64,000 nt of DNA from Ylistrum balloti. Taxonomy: Eukaryota. The stretch's first letter is position 1; each line of letters starts with the position of its first letter. The DNA is taken from the NCBI RefSeq assembly GCF_031769215.1, contig NW_026781862.1, forward strand, positions 1,054,001 through 1,118,000, read 5' to 3'. Below are positions 27,101 to 38,958 of this stretch, piece by piece. The position numbers were made by a program, and so were the translations under genes. The notes under the pieces are model-generated. The model ran no database searches. It had not been told where the DNA came from and worked only from the letters and a program-made list of their open reading frames with translations.

Positions 27101-28911
27101 CTAGAAAAAGTTTAATATTCAAACTGTGAAGTAGAACTAGAAACATAGAAAAGGGCTTGAAGTATATGGTATGTTTGAGGTTGGATTGCTATTGCAGTGC
27201 CAGGACTAGAAATACAGTATTAATAAATGAGAATCATTACAGGACTGATAAACTATAAAAATAGGTTAGCATTGGAACTTATTTTATCTTGTTATAGATA
27301 ATATATTGGCCGAAGTAATCGCCAGACTAGATATTTACGTCACTTGAATAGTACCTGGCAATCAGTTGTTGTTTTCTGTAGGAATACCAATTACTTCAGT
27401 TATAAATGTGCTTTGGACTTAATCATAGCAATACAGTTCCAGACAAATTAAGTATCATTTTATTACAGCACTTATGGTTTGGAGTACTTGGTAACTCTCT
27501 GTGGTGGCTTGCAAATGCTGTACAGTTATTGAAGTCTCGACCCAAAGTCAGCAGAGGGCCTTATGCACAGTCAAGGGGAATAACTCTAGTGTGTAACTTG
27601 AACTTGTTGATGTTGACTCTTGTTTCCCTAGCTTTTATGGCATTCCCACTCATGACAACAGGTGTAAAGGTATGTTGGTTTCAAATTGTCTTGGTTTTAG
27701 GCAAATCACATGAATATATCTAAGCAGGACTCTCGATCTGCCAGATTTAGAGCCGATATTTGGCCCCTTTCCAAATGCAAAATAGTATCTTTTTTTCCCA
27801 ATTAGGCCCCAAATTTTCCCAATTCTAAGGAAAATGCGCTATTTTTCTCAATTCTAAGGGCCCCGGGCCCCAGTCCCAAAATGGGGTGTGAGAGCCCTGA
27901 TTTTGAATTAATACATGTGTTTACAGTTTTGTTATGCTGTTTCTTACATATCTATTGTTATTGGTTATTGATATTTACATGTAATAAACAAAAATTGTAG
28001 TTATCATGATCTATTTATTATGATGTTATACAGGGAAGAAAGCTGGACAAGTACCATCTACACACAGCCAGGTGTGCTGGGGCTCTTGCCATGGGCTTCA
28101 GCATTCTCATGTGGTTCGTGCCAAGATTTGTAAACAAACGTGATGTGAGGGCAGTGTTCAGTGGACAAGTCTTAGTAAGTGATATGATAGTAAATGCCCT
28201 GTCCTGCAATAAACCCCACCCATATTTTGAGTAATAGTTTTAAGTTGTGGTCCATAGATATTGAGGAAACAGATTTCATTGAGAAATAATTTGCAAAACA
28301 ATACATTTCCTTTCTAGGCACTTTTCTATCATGCTTGTCCTTCTAACTGATATTGATACTGGATTTAATGTATTTTTGGGAATGTTCACCTTATTTTCTA
28401 CAAAAAACATTGCAAACTTTTTGATGATGGTGCACTCAAATTCAAACACATAACCATGGAATTCACTTTGACAGATTGACAGAATGGTGAAATTTTACAT
28501 TGACGGATTCAGTATTTGTCATTGGTCAACAATAATAATGTACATAAACTGTAAAAGAAATATTTGTAGGAGAATTGCCAACTCTGTAGGGAGAGTCTCT
28601 ATCCCATGAAGATATCATGTGTAGCTGTTCCAATCTATAGATAATGATTTTTTTTTCTTACTTGTCAGACTGTTTTACTGGTGTACACAGCTAAAGCCTT
28701 TATGCAGTACACCTCTAAGATCCTTGGACGTGAAGAAATTCTTTTGTGGACAATGATGTACCTTCCTTTGTTACTCCTGCCAATGAATGGCTTGCTTCTG
28801 ACATACAGAAACGACACAGGAACTACCCCAGAGACAGGTTCTGAGATCTCAGAAACAGACAGTGGGGTAGATAAGGAAACTGTAGAGGAGGAGGCCAAGA
28901 AAGGGAGATAA
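21109..28911 (+). CDS. Uncharacterised multi-pass membrane protein A (320 aa; two tandem TP53I11-like 4-TM units)
   Basis: Exons 21109-21270 (MADKFDYLRGGAFVVAFFLLG...IADTVFTAFSGIGLYIRPEITIQLQ), 23497-23643, 26584-26652, 27469-27669, 28034-28174, 28669-28911. All introns are GT-AG and phase 0, with no internal stops. Exon-by-exon homology with gene B at 43119-48142. Probable non-coding first exon ends at 19405 (donor GTAAAC). Confidence 0.88.
23705..26450. repeat. 2.7-kb satellite, 52-bp unit (TTATAATCCTTGTCCCTGATTTACCATGAGCCTGATTGTACCATGTGACACT), gene A intron 2
   Basis: 52-nt periodicity (24661, 24713, ...), with a 1040-bp higher-order duplication. Confidence 0.97.
27725..27899. mobile_element. 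Small MITE-like element in gene A intron 4
   Basis: Termini CAGGACTCTC and GAGAGCCCTG (10-bp inverted repeat, 1 mismatch). GC-richer than the flanks. No clear TSD. Confidence 0.45.
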
Positions 28912-29789
28912 CTATGCAGGCTCCGTATTTTATAAAATGTATTGTGGTATAATTATTGGATAAAAGTCAGACCTGTTATCTATAAAGATCGCTCAAGACA
29001 CAGAGAATGTTTCTATAGGCAGGTAGTCTTTATGAAGAAGTCTGGTGGCTCAATATTATGTTGGAACCTAAAACAAATTACCTTAATAGACAGGTGTTCT
29101 TATTTCAATGTCCAAACCATTTTATGAGGGAGGATGGGGATATAGTGTTACACATTTCCATTTTTCTCATCATGTCCTTTTCCAAATCACGGTCATATTT
29201 TCATATCAACTCCATAGTAACTCCGCTTGAAGTTTTTTGAGTTATCAGTCCAAGTTAAAGGGTCAAAGGTCATATTTGATAATCTGTTGTTCAAACTCAT
29301 TAGAGAGTGATTACTATTCACAGAGAGCAGGGGTATTCATGTCTTACAAAGATGCTTTAGTTTGGATAAGAAATATTTTCATCATAACTATTTAATATCC
29401 CACGGAAATGTATTACATCAGTCCCACGGTAGCTATATAGGTATATCATTGTGGTGCTGTCAAGTATAACACATTTGTATGTCCTTTGTACAATTTATTC
29501 CCTATATTCAAGACACTTTTATAGAATGAGGGCTTTGTACAAGTCATTTTTAATAAATGTATGCATTAATAATTTGAAAGGGATACACTTGTATGCAAGC
29601 ATTATATCCATTGAAAAAGTGTTTTCTAATTTTATTTACTATGCATTTAATAATAAGTTAATTTTCGAAAAATTGATGAAAACTTGGATTAGGGTAGAAA
29701 AAAGGAGTTAGGTTCAAGTTCTGATATGGAACAGTTTGTGTATATTTGTAATCCATGTTCACAGTGTATGTGATAAAGACAACAACAGA

Positions 29790-30055
29790 ATTGTTTGTTG
29801 TATATAATGTTAGATGTTTGTGTATTTGACATCTTTGTGTATGTAATTAAAGACTTCACAGCGGTTTCTTGTACAATAAACAACCTGAATATTTGTGTGA
29901 ATGTGTTTTGGAAATCCCTTATCTTTGTGTTTGTAATTTAGAGACATCACAACTGTTTGTTGTACAATAAACAATCTGAATATTTGTGTGAGTGTGTTTT
30001 GGAAATCCCTGAACTTTGTGTTTGTAATTAAAGACAACACAATTTTTGTTGTACT
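29790..30055. repeat. Tandem repeat, about 91-bp unit, about 3 copies
   Basis: GTACAATAAACAA.CTGAATATTTGTGTG recurs at 29871 and 29962, plus partial copies. Confidence 0.8.
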
Positions 30056-30149
30056 ATAATCAAATTTCAACATGATGTTGAGAATTCTGCCCTTGATATA
30101 CTAGTCCCCAAATGTATGTTACTGTGTCACCTTCTTTTATTTAGTCATA

Positions 30150-30430
30150 TGTTATATCTACTTGTATACAAAGTTATGTCCCTTTGTTATGATGGAAGGG
30201 AGTACCTGTCAGGTACTTTTTGTCTTGTGTTATATCTACTTGTATACAAAGTTATGTCCCTTTGTTATAATGGTAGGGAGTACCTGTCGGGTACATTTTG
30301 TCTTGTGTTATATCTACTTGTATACAAAGTTATGTCCCTTTGTTATGATGGTAGGGAGTACATGTCGGGTACCTTTTTGTCTTGTGTTATATCTAGTTCT
30401 ATACAAAGTTATGTCCCTTTGTTACAGTGG
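30150..30430. repeat. Tandem repeat, 78-bp unit, about 3.5 copies
   Basis: GTTATATCTACTTGTATACAAAGTTATGTCCC recurs at 30151, 30229, ... Confidence 0.9.
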
Positions 30431-32753
30431 TACGGAGTGCATGGCCCCTACTGGTACTTTAGTCATGACTCCCTGTGTTAACCTGTTGCTCTACTTTCTT
30501 CCATAAATGTTCCTTTTCTTGTGGCACAACATATTCACTGTTTCAACATTGCCAAATTATAAACATTTTTTTCCAATGTATGTCAAAGTTTGGAGGTCTT
30601 CAGTTTACTCATAGTAATTTTATTGGGACGCAAATTATGTTTTTTATTGCTTTTAATATCTTGTCATCTGACTGACTGTAACCTCACCAAATGTTTCCTT
30701 GTAAGTGCAATATAATGCCATGTAATGTTGAAATATGTTTTTGATACAGTGCTGTGCACTTTAAAATAATTTAATCAGAGCTAGCTGTATCTTTCATTCT
30801 GTCAATTAATTACTGTACATTATATGTAATGTTTAGATTACCGTCACCCAGGGATGGTTAAACAGTGGGTTTTATATGTTATATAGGTGTTTGTAGATGC
30901 CAGAGCTACTGTATGTAATTCTGTAATAACACATTCACCCATAATTCTTTTGGTTATGGTGTAATTGACAATTTTACCAACAAAGAATTTGAATTTGAAG
31001 GCAAGTAAAATTAACAATTAGAAAATAGATAGTTGTCCAGCTCATGTAATTTTGTCTTCTAGTTAGCAGTAGTTGATAAACAATGCAGGTAGTAAGGTAA
31101 AAATATAATAAAAATGAAATAATGTCCATTGTATCTGTCTCATATGTTTTAATGTATTTTACCTGGAAGGGATTTAACTTTGATATGAACTTTTTATATC
31201 TGTCAATGCATTTAAAATGATATTTGTGAGATGTTGGCTTTAGACATCTATACTGAAAATTACTGACCAGAGACCTGTTCCATTTTTATACAATAACACA
31301 TGATTTTGTTCTGTTTGAGATTTTCTTATTTCTTGTTTTTTTACTTAGTTTTGTAATAACAATTAACTCTTTGTAGTAATAAACTGTTGATGTGATTGGC
31401 TTTTGTGATGTTCTGATTTACCAAAGCTTAATGTGACTAAATCATAGTAGGTTTACTGGTTCATTCGTCTGGCAATTATTTCATCATACACCCCTGATAC
31501 TGGAATCAGCTTGCCTGTCTGTCAGTAGAAAATATTTGTGTGGATAACTCCTCCTACACTACTGGATCGATTTCCGTAAAACTACACAGGAATGTTGGGG
31601 ACCATGTGTAAACCACATACTGAAGGTGTGATCTTATATTACACTGTAATACAGGTTATGTGTCTTATGATATTTAAGGTACACTAACAGAAAAAAACCC
31701 ACTAACGAATAAATTCTTCGTTTCCACCCCCCCCCCCCACCCGAGAAGGAAAATTGGAGTACAGGTGGTATTCAATTTTTCACGATACTAGTATTAATTG
31801 ATATAAAAAATGAACCGTCTATGTAATATATGTAATATGTCATCCACATTTTGTTTTGGATTTTTATGTAGTTGGTATTATAAAAATGTACGATTAGAAC
31901 GTAATGTCCGTGAGCATATTGACACAGATGTAGAATGTCTTAGTTTTCCCCATTGTAGGTAATTGGTTTCATAGGTAAACTTCCACTTGTTGACCTTAAA
32001 AACGGCTAATGTTCGAAATATTTTGACCTACATATGTATGTTACTTGTAGCTTTGACCAAGTGAGTTTCTGATTATACAAAACACACACACAAGTAAAAA
32101 CACCTTTCAATACAAATTTAGGGTTGGACACATTGGTGCTTAATAACGGAGACAGTTACAGTTATTTGCTTTGATAAAAGTTCATCGAATTTTCAACAAA
32201 ATCACGGTGATGCTAGTGTGTTCCTAGAAATAATGCGATGGGTAATTGTGAATGGACGTGTGATAACTAAACCATTTTCTCTCTGTGATCGTGTTACATG
32301 TAGTCATGTAATCTAGGAATTTACTAATGCCGTCTTTAGTCACGAGTCCAGTCCCTTCACGACCCAACAAAAAGAGGCCTTGGTGGCCATGATCTCCAAA
32401 AAACGATGGAATTCCATGAATTATTGTAGGATTTTTTTTCTACGCTTTTCTTCGCCCTCGATACGTTTTATCACATTCTGTAACGATTTGTTACGAAGTC
32501 AGCACGACCCTGGTCTGATTTCATCACGTTCTCTTACGATTATCACGATAGACTCGCACTTTCTGTCACGTTCCATAAGGCTCTCTGTCGATCTTCAACG
32601 TTCATCGAATTCTGTTGAAATTTAGAACGACTTAGGAATACAATTTTAGCAAGATTGCAAGACTCCTTATATTAGTGTTAGGTATCGTATTATGTCCCTA
32701 TATACCTGGACTGTATGTATTAACCGTCGTTAATCATGTTATCTTTAAATAAG

Positions 32754-32887
32754 ATGCCCTGAAGGTTAAGATAATTCATCCGGAGAATGATGATCTCGCC
32801 TTCCTATATACAACCATCGTGACGGACGGACAGGACGGAAACAGCGACACACCGTCGTCTAATGTGTGTGTTTTCGCGGGAAGACAG
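32754..32887 (+). pseudogene. Isolated inverted copy of racemase exon 3 from a diverged paralog
   Basis: Translates DALKVKIIHPENDDLAFLYTTIVTDGQDGNSDTPSSNVCVFAGRQ versus DALKAQLKLTHPDSDDLAFLYGTIITDGQDGQADIPSTHVCVFAEKQ (31/45 aligned residues identical by hand). The AG acceptor is retained, but the donor position reads CT. No companion exons found on this strand. Confidence 0.85.
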
Positions 32888-33477
32888 CTATTAACTCGTT
32901 GTAACACAAACCAGATTGAAAATATAGTGTATATAATAGCTGGTATATCTGATTCATGATTTAATCTTTATTGTATGTCATTTATAGTACCCCAGAATGT
33001 ATTTTTGAAAAATCCAAAAGTCACCTATGGTCTGTACTATGACCTATATGTATTTTATGATTCTTGTCATGGGTGTGAACCAGGGTGCACATCTTACCCC
33101 AAAACTTGTTCCCAAAAACCTAAAATAGATAATTGAGTTGGGTAAAACCCTATTAATTAAAGTCTGCCGCATGCTTTGAACTCGAATATCAAGCTAAGTA
33201 TTACACATATAAATAGTAATGAAAGTTTAACTGGGACATTTTTTATTACTGTGTCCATATGCTACATCGTGCATCAGAGCAATCTATGACTGTTTCTGTT
33301 TCTGTTTCTGTGTTGGAGACTGTTCCCGACAATTTTACAACCATGTACATAAACTTGCTTACATTCAATTCGCTTTACAAGCCCAATACATGTACCAAGC
33401 TCGTCTGTCAATACACTCATACTAATAACAAGATTTGTAAATCTCCGGAAACTTGTGATTGTCGCTAAACCGTTCAA

Positions 33478-34399
33478 GATGTCTCGCTGGAAGTGGTCTG
33501 TTAGATCAGAGATGTCTCGCTGGGAGTTGTCTGATAGATTAGAGATATCTCGCTGAGAGTTGTCTGATAGATAAGAGATGTCTCGCTTGGAGTTGTCTGA
33601 TAGATCAGAGATAACGCGCTGGGAGTGGTCTGATAGATCAGAGATGTCTCGCTGGGAGTGGTCTGATAGATCAGAGATGTCTCGCTTGGAGTGGTCTGAT
33701 AGATCAGAGATGTCTCGCTGGGAGTGATCTGATAGATCAGAGATGTCTCGCTGGGAGTGGTCTGATAGATAAGAGATGTCTCGCTGGGAGTGGTCGGATA
33801 GATCAGAGATGTCTCGCTGGGAGTGGTCTGATAGATCAGAGATGTCTCGCTGGGAGTGGTCTGATAGATCAGAGATGTCTCGCTGGGAGTTGTCTGATAG
33901 ATCAGAGATGTCTCGCTGGGAGTGGTCTGATAGATCAGAGATGTCTCGCTGGGAGTGGTCTGATAGATCAGAGATGTCTCGCTGGGAGTGGTCTGATAGA
34001 TCAGAGATGTCTCGCTGGGAGTGGTCTGATAGATCAGAGATGTCTCGCTGGGAGTGGTCTGATAGATCAGAGATGTCTCGCTGGGAGTGGTCTGATAGAT
34101 CAGAGATGTCTCGCTGGGAGTAGTCTGATAGATAAGAGATGTCTCGCTGGGAGTGGTCTGATAGATCAGAGATGTCTCGCTGGGAGTAGTCTGATAGATC
34201 AGAGATGTCTCGCTGGGAGTGGTCGGATAGATCAGAGATGTCTCGCTGGGAGTGGTCCGATAGATCAGAGATGTCTCCCTGGGAGTAATCTGATAGATCA
34301 GAGATAACGCGTTGGGAGTGGTCTGATAGATCAGAGATGTCTCGCTGGGAGTGGTCTGATAGATCAGAGATGTCTCGCTGGGAGTTGTCTGATAGATCA
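33478..34399. repeat. Minisatellite, 33-bp unit (GATAGATCAGAGATGTCTCGCTGGGAGTGGTCT), about 28 copies
   Basis: Directly visible; starts about 300 bp downstream of the racemase stop codon. Confidence 0.97.
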
Positions 34400-34706
34400 A
34401 TACGCTCTCTTTAATTTGGCATGTGATTCATTTTATATCATGTCCTAAAACTGTAAACAGACTTTGATCACCAAACATAATTGTCAAATTATCAGTCGGA
34501 CACTCATCTGCCAGCGAAATTAGAAAATGAATCCCTATAAATTAACTTCGGAAACAGCTTTACATGTCATGTACACAATGCAACTTTAACACAGTGTTAA
34601 GATTGATCATTTAACGATTTGTTATTTTGTGTTCCTTACGTTATCCTGTCAAACATCATAGCTCAGATTTATAAATCCCGGCACACTGCTGGGGACTTGG
34701 TATGAA

Positions 34707-37700
34707 TTACAAAAGGAAACCTCGCCCGATGACGTCATCCTCCTCTAAAGAAAATTCTGAAGAACCACAATAGTACCCATTTCCGGAAACTTCTACTATG
34801 ACCGCTTTATGTCCACCACACGTCACTTCCTGTACCGCTTTGGCCTTGAACTCGGATTTGATATGACTCCTGAAGCTCCTGGACTGGCCTAGTTTGACAT
34901 AACCTTTGTGGTGCAGAAGTGCCACCCTGGCGGTGGTACCGGATCCACACGGAGATCTGTCAAACTGAAAGAAATACGATGAAATTAGATGTTGTCGACT
35001 GTTTGAGGATTTGCCAAACTCCGTTTATTCGACTGGTAGGTTTTATTGATATTTATGATGCTCTTGACTTCAGTCAAAAGTGGTTTTAATTAGCCAAGAG
35101 ATGCTGCACGATGAAAGTAGTGGCACAAAGAAATCTTACCTGTTTTTCCGCAAACACACAAACATGTGTTGACGGGATATCTGCTTGTCCGTCCTGTCCG
35201 TCTGTAATAATGGTTCCATACAGAAAGGCCAAGTCGTCACTGTCCGGATGGGTTAGCTTGAGTTGTGCCTTTAGGGCGTCTGTAAGGAGGTTAATTGTTA
35301 AGAACACTACTTAATTAAAATACATGCAATACACTTAAAATCAACTTGTAATCAGGGGCGGATACAGGAATTTAAGTTAGGGGGGGGGGCGTTATAATTA
35401 ACTTACAATTGTCAAATTAGGCCCCCAGCGGGAGGGCAGAGCCCTCTGCCAGCGAAATTATGGAAAATGGTTTAAACAGGTTTAAACCTCCCAAAAAACC
35501 GTTAGGAAATGACTGGTTTTAGGGACTTGAGGAGGCGTTGTTTCGAAAAAATACATATATAGGAAAACTAAAAAAGTAAGGAGTAAGAAAAGCTACTAAT
35601 GAGCATGTCATTAGACATTATTAATAAGCGTTGTGATATATGTTTTTGTATTTGCACTTGTATTTGCGTCAATGTGCCTGGCTGCCTGTATGAAGTTATT
35701 AATGCTCTGTTATTTCTATAATATATACAAATGTAATACCCTTTAAACTTCTGGATAGACGGACAAATAAGGTGAATTTCACATAAGGAAACCGTTAACT
35801 TACGGAAAGCTATGAACACAACAAAGAAAAGACTTCAAAATTTGAATGACAAAGAAATGTCGTTTTTGGGCTATGTATTTCAAGAATTACATGTATTTTA
35901 AATTTTTAAATGCAACACACGCCAACACTAACACTCTTTATGTGCAAAGCCGGAAAAGTGTTACCAATTTGAACTAGAATTTGAAAATTCATGTCTTTTC
36001 TGGAGGTTCTCTAGGCAGTTAAAATTAGTTTGAAATTTTAACCTATTTCCCAAAATTTGCCACCGCTGCGCCAAAATACATGCCGGCCATTACGGGTGAT
36101 CGAATTTTCGTTAAAATGAAAGAAAATTGTTTTAAGAAATTTGTAGGCTTCAACAGCTGTTTTGTTGAATGCATTTTATAGTACACATGTTTCAATATAT
36201 CCAAACAGTTTTTAGTTCAAAATTGCAAAATGAAATTGTAATCGAAGATCGTTTCTTAAGTGCGCCATAACCGGTGACACAAGGCTACTACAAAAGTGTG
36301 TATATCATCCACCGCGGGGGCGATGGGAGGGATGCTGCAAGGCCTGCTTGTCTACAGTTCATGTGACAGTTAAAGAAATTATTTGGCATAAATACTTACT
36401 CTCGCCTTTTAAAAAAACACAATTTTCTTTTGAAACATATTCGAGATACTGTACCGTCGTTACAGTTTCATACTATGTCAACAATGACACATTTTGCTCT
36501 AATATGGCCTTCATTTTCGAAAGAGTTCCTATAATCGCGATAACTCTTTCTGTCGTTATGTGATCAACTATAATAAAGTTACTGTATACTTGAAAATTAG
36601 CCCAACTTAAGTCATCTATAGCTGTTTAGAACAGTGATAGTCATAACATAAGACCAAGACCATCCAGTATAATTCGTAACTCACCCTTACTCTGCCAATT
36701 TTAGGGGGGGCGTGCGCCCCCCACCCCCCCCTCAAAATCCGCCCCTGGTAATCAAAGGGAAATGTTTGTATGCCGGAGTTTTACATTTTTTATAAAAGAA
36801 GAAAGTGAAAAAATATCTGAATACTTCATATTGCGACATGATTTAAATTCATGACCTGTCCGGGAGAGGTATTGATCAACAAGTATCTACCTGACCTGTC
36901 ATATAATTGTATGTAATTATTCTGATAGGGTACGTGTCTTGTTTATCTAATCCTGCCTGGTATTTCACACTGTCTACAGCTCTCTTGTCGCTCATGGGTC
37001 TATGTCCGTGTAATTTCCTTTCTTTTGTGAGATTTATGAAAGAGTATCTGATAACTTCGCTTTTTCTACTTCTTAGTTTGTTCGCTGCTTTCCGGAAGAC
37101 CTCTTCCTTTCTCAAAGAAATATTCTTAGTTGTACTTAATATTTAGAAAGTAAATAAACCCTGTACCACACTTATCTATAATGAATTTTAAAATTTATAT
37201 CAACCACGATAAAATCGAACATCTATGCAACGTGCGCATGCGCACAGAAGTGCGATAGCTTATTTCGTCCAGTTTTCCTATCATACATACATCGTGCAGA
37301 TCTTATACACATTTTGTAACGTTGAGCGATTCTGCAACTGTATGTTTCATAGTCCCTGGTTACTAATGTACGTGATCTTTTGTTTCTTTGGTAACAGACA
37401 TGTACTTGTAATCTGTTTCCCCGGTAACACATATCCCTACTAACGCAACACACGTCCCTGGTAACACGCGTGTCTGGTAATATGTGCCCCTAGCAACCCA
37501 TTTTCCCTTCCTAGCAAATCATGGCCTGCTAACAGGTGTCCGTGGCAAGCATGGAAACGAGTGAGCTTGTTCTCTGGGAACACTTGTGAAATTTGCTTTT
37601 TCTTACATACTGCCTTGATTTTTTTCGATATGCATTTTTTGTTTACGGAAATCCCCAAAAAATGTACCGTGTATCCTTGGAATACTTGTTCCCCGTAGTA

Positions 37701-38622
37701 TCTGCCCTGGTGGCACGTATTCCAGGAGAAACTTTACCTGTCGTGGCCGCTGCTGCACGTCTGATGACGTCTGGGGCAACACCCTCCAATCGGAAGCTGT
37801 ACTGACAGTCAGGCACTAAGGCGAAGAAGGCACCTCCGTACACGATGTCAACTACCACATGACCATACCCGGGAACATCCACTGACACATCTAAACCACA
37901 GGGGTACTGATATAAACAAATTGATTGCTTTTGCAATTACTAGAATTTACCAAAGTCATTCTGCAGGAAGCGAATACTGCCCAGCTATCTACATTATCCT
38001 TGTACTGATACATACAAAATGTGCCAAGATAATCATATCAAACTTCTTATATACTTTGAACAACAATTGCTAGTAAATGTTATCAATATTTCTCCTATAA
38101 ATAGAATGTTTCTGAAGTGTTTACCTATATATCAATGACCACATTATTACCTGTTGCGAAGACGAAAGCCGGAACACTGTTAAATCGGACATATCCGGTC
38201 TTGCCATTCTTATACTCCACGAATGTCTCCACTAATCCACATGGACACTGGATCGCCACTCGAGTTTCTGGACTGGAAAGGTTCCGGACTAGTCCCGAAT
38301 CTACAGCGTACCGTCCAAGGGAGATAATCGCGTGACCACACATGGTACTATAACCTGCATTATGTATAAACATGATGGCCATGTCTGCCTCCTTGTTATC
38401 CGGCTCTACCAATACCGCACCAAACATGTCAAGATGGCCGCGAGGTTCGCTCATCAGCAACTTTCTGTAAGGATCGAGATGTTCCCGAGTGTAGCGGATT
38501 TTTTCAAGTAAAGTGTCTCCCCGAGGGGAGGGAAAACCGGACTCGATTACCCTCAACGGTTCTCCGCTCGTATGCATCTCCCTGGTCTTAATGACAACAT
38601 TGTTCGGTATTGGCTTCGCCAT
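34707..38622 (-). CDS. L3HYPDH: Proline racemase family protein (L3HYPDH/C14orf149-like scaffold with Cys95/Cys261 catalytic pair), 340 aa
   Basis: Exons 38622-38151, 37890-37738, 35279-35140, 34964-34707; GT-AG, phases 1/1/0, 1023 nt total. Family motifs: MHTSGEPLRV, EPRGHLDMFGA, YSTMCGH, QCPCGLV, DIVYGGAFFA, LAFLYGTI, DRSPCGSGTTARVA, GFLL-stop. The symbol is the nearest animal family name; the activity probably differs (see findings). Confidence 0.95.
35353..36747. mobile_element. Non-autonomous DNA transposon (MITE-like, probably with nested inserts) in racemase intron 2
   Basis: Terminal inverted repeats CAGGGGCGGAT (from 35353) and ATCCGCCCCTG (ending 36747), flanked by direct repeats GTAAT at 35348-35352 and 36748-36752. 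No transposase ORF. Confidence 0.75.
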
Positions 38623-38758
38623 TGCTCTCTGGAAAATCTACACACCTTTGTACTTTTCGTGACCTAAGTAAGGCGATAACCTATTAAAATCCTTGCAGTT
38701 GTTGTCGTATGTATGATAGCGTGACGATACATAGAAACGTGTAGAAGACAAGTAACAT

Positions 38759-38958
38759 AGCCGGGACACTGTTAAATCGGATTTTTTCGACCTTACAGTC
38801 CTTATACTCCACGAAAGTCTCCACTAGTCCACATGGACACTGGATTGCCACTCGAGTTTCCGGACTGGTCCCGAATCTATGGCATACCGTTCAAGGGAGA
38901 TAATTACGTGGTCACACATGTGACTGTAGCCTGCATTACGTGTAAACATGGTGGCTAT
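38759..38958 (-). pseudogene. Frameshifted partial duplicate of racemase exon 1
   Basis: Aligns directly with about 38168-38385. Translates ...NAGYSHMCDHVIISLERYAIDSGPV, then a 16-nt deletion (frameshift), then ETRVAIQCPCGLVETFVEYKDCKVEKIRFNSVPA. MCGH is changed to MCDH. Confidence 0.9.

Noticed and set aside
30116-30506. Two ORFs of 121 and 114 aa
   Set aside because: Products of the 78-bp tandem repeat.
33274-33477. Short ORFs on both strands near the racemase relic
   Set aside because: No similarity to racemase exon 4 or any motif I recognise, and no convincing splice sites.
33501-34400. 299-aa ORF of (IYQTTPSETSL)n resembling a mucin
   Set aside because: It arises from a 33-bp unit that lacks stops in one frame. 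It has no ATG start (the track used an alternative codon), no signal peptide and no splice link to any gene.
37232-37245. TGCGCATGCGCA palindrome (NRF1-like site)
   Set aside because: It lies in repeat-like intronic sequence with GGTAAC micro-repeats, away from any inferred promoter; likely transposon-derived.
34707-38622. Recent horizontal transfer or bacterial contamination for the Cys/Cys racemase
   Set aside because: The gene has three spliceosomal introns, animal L3HYPDH-like flanking motifs and host repeats within its introns.
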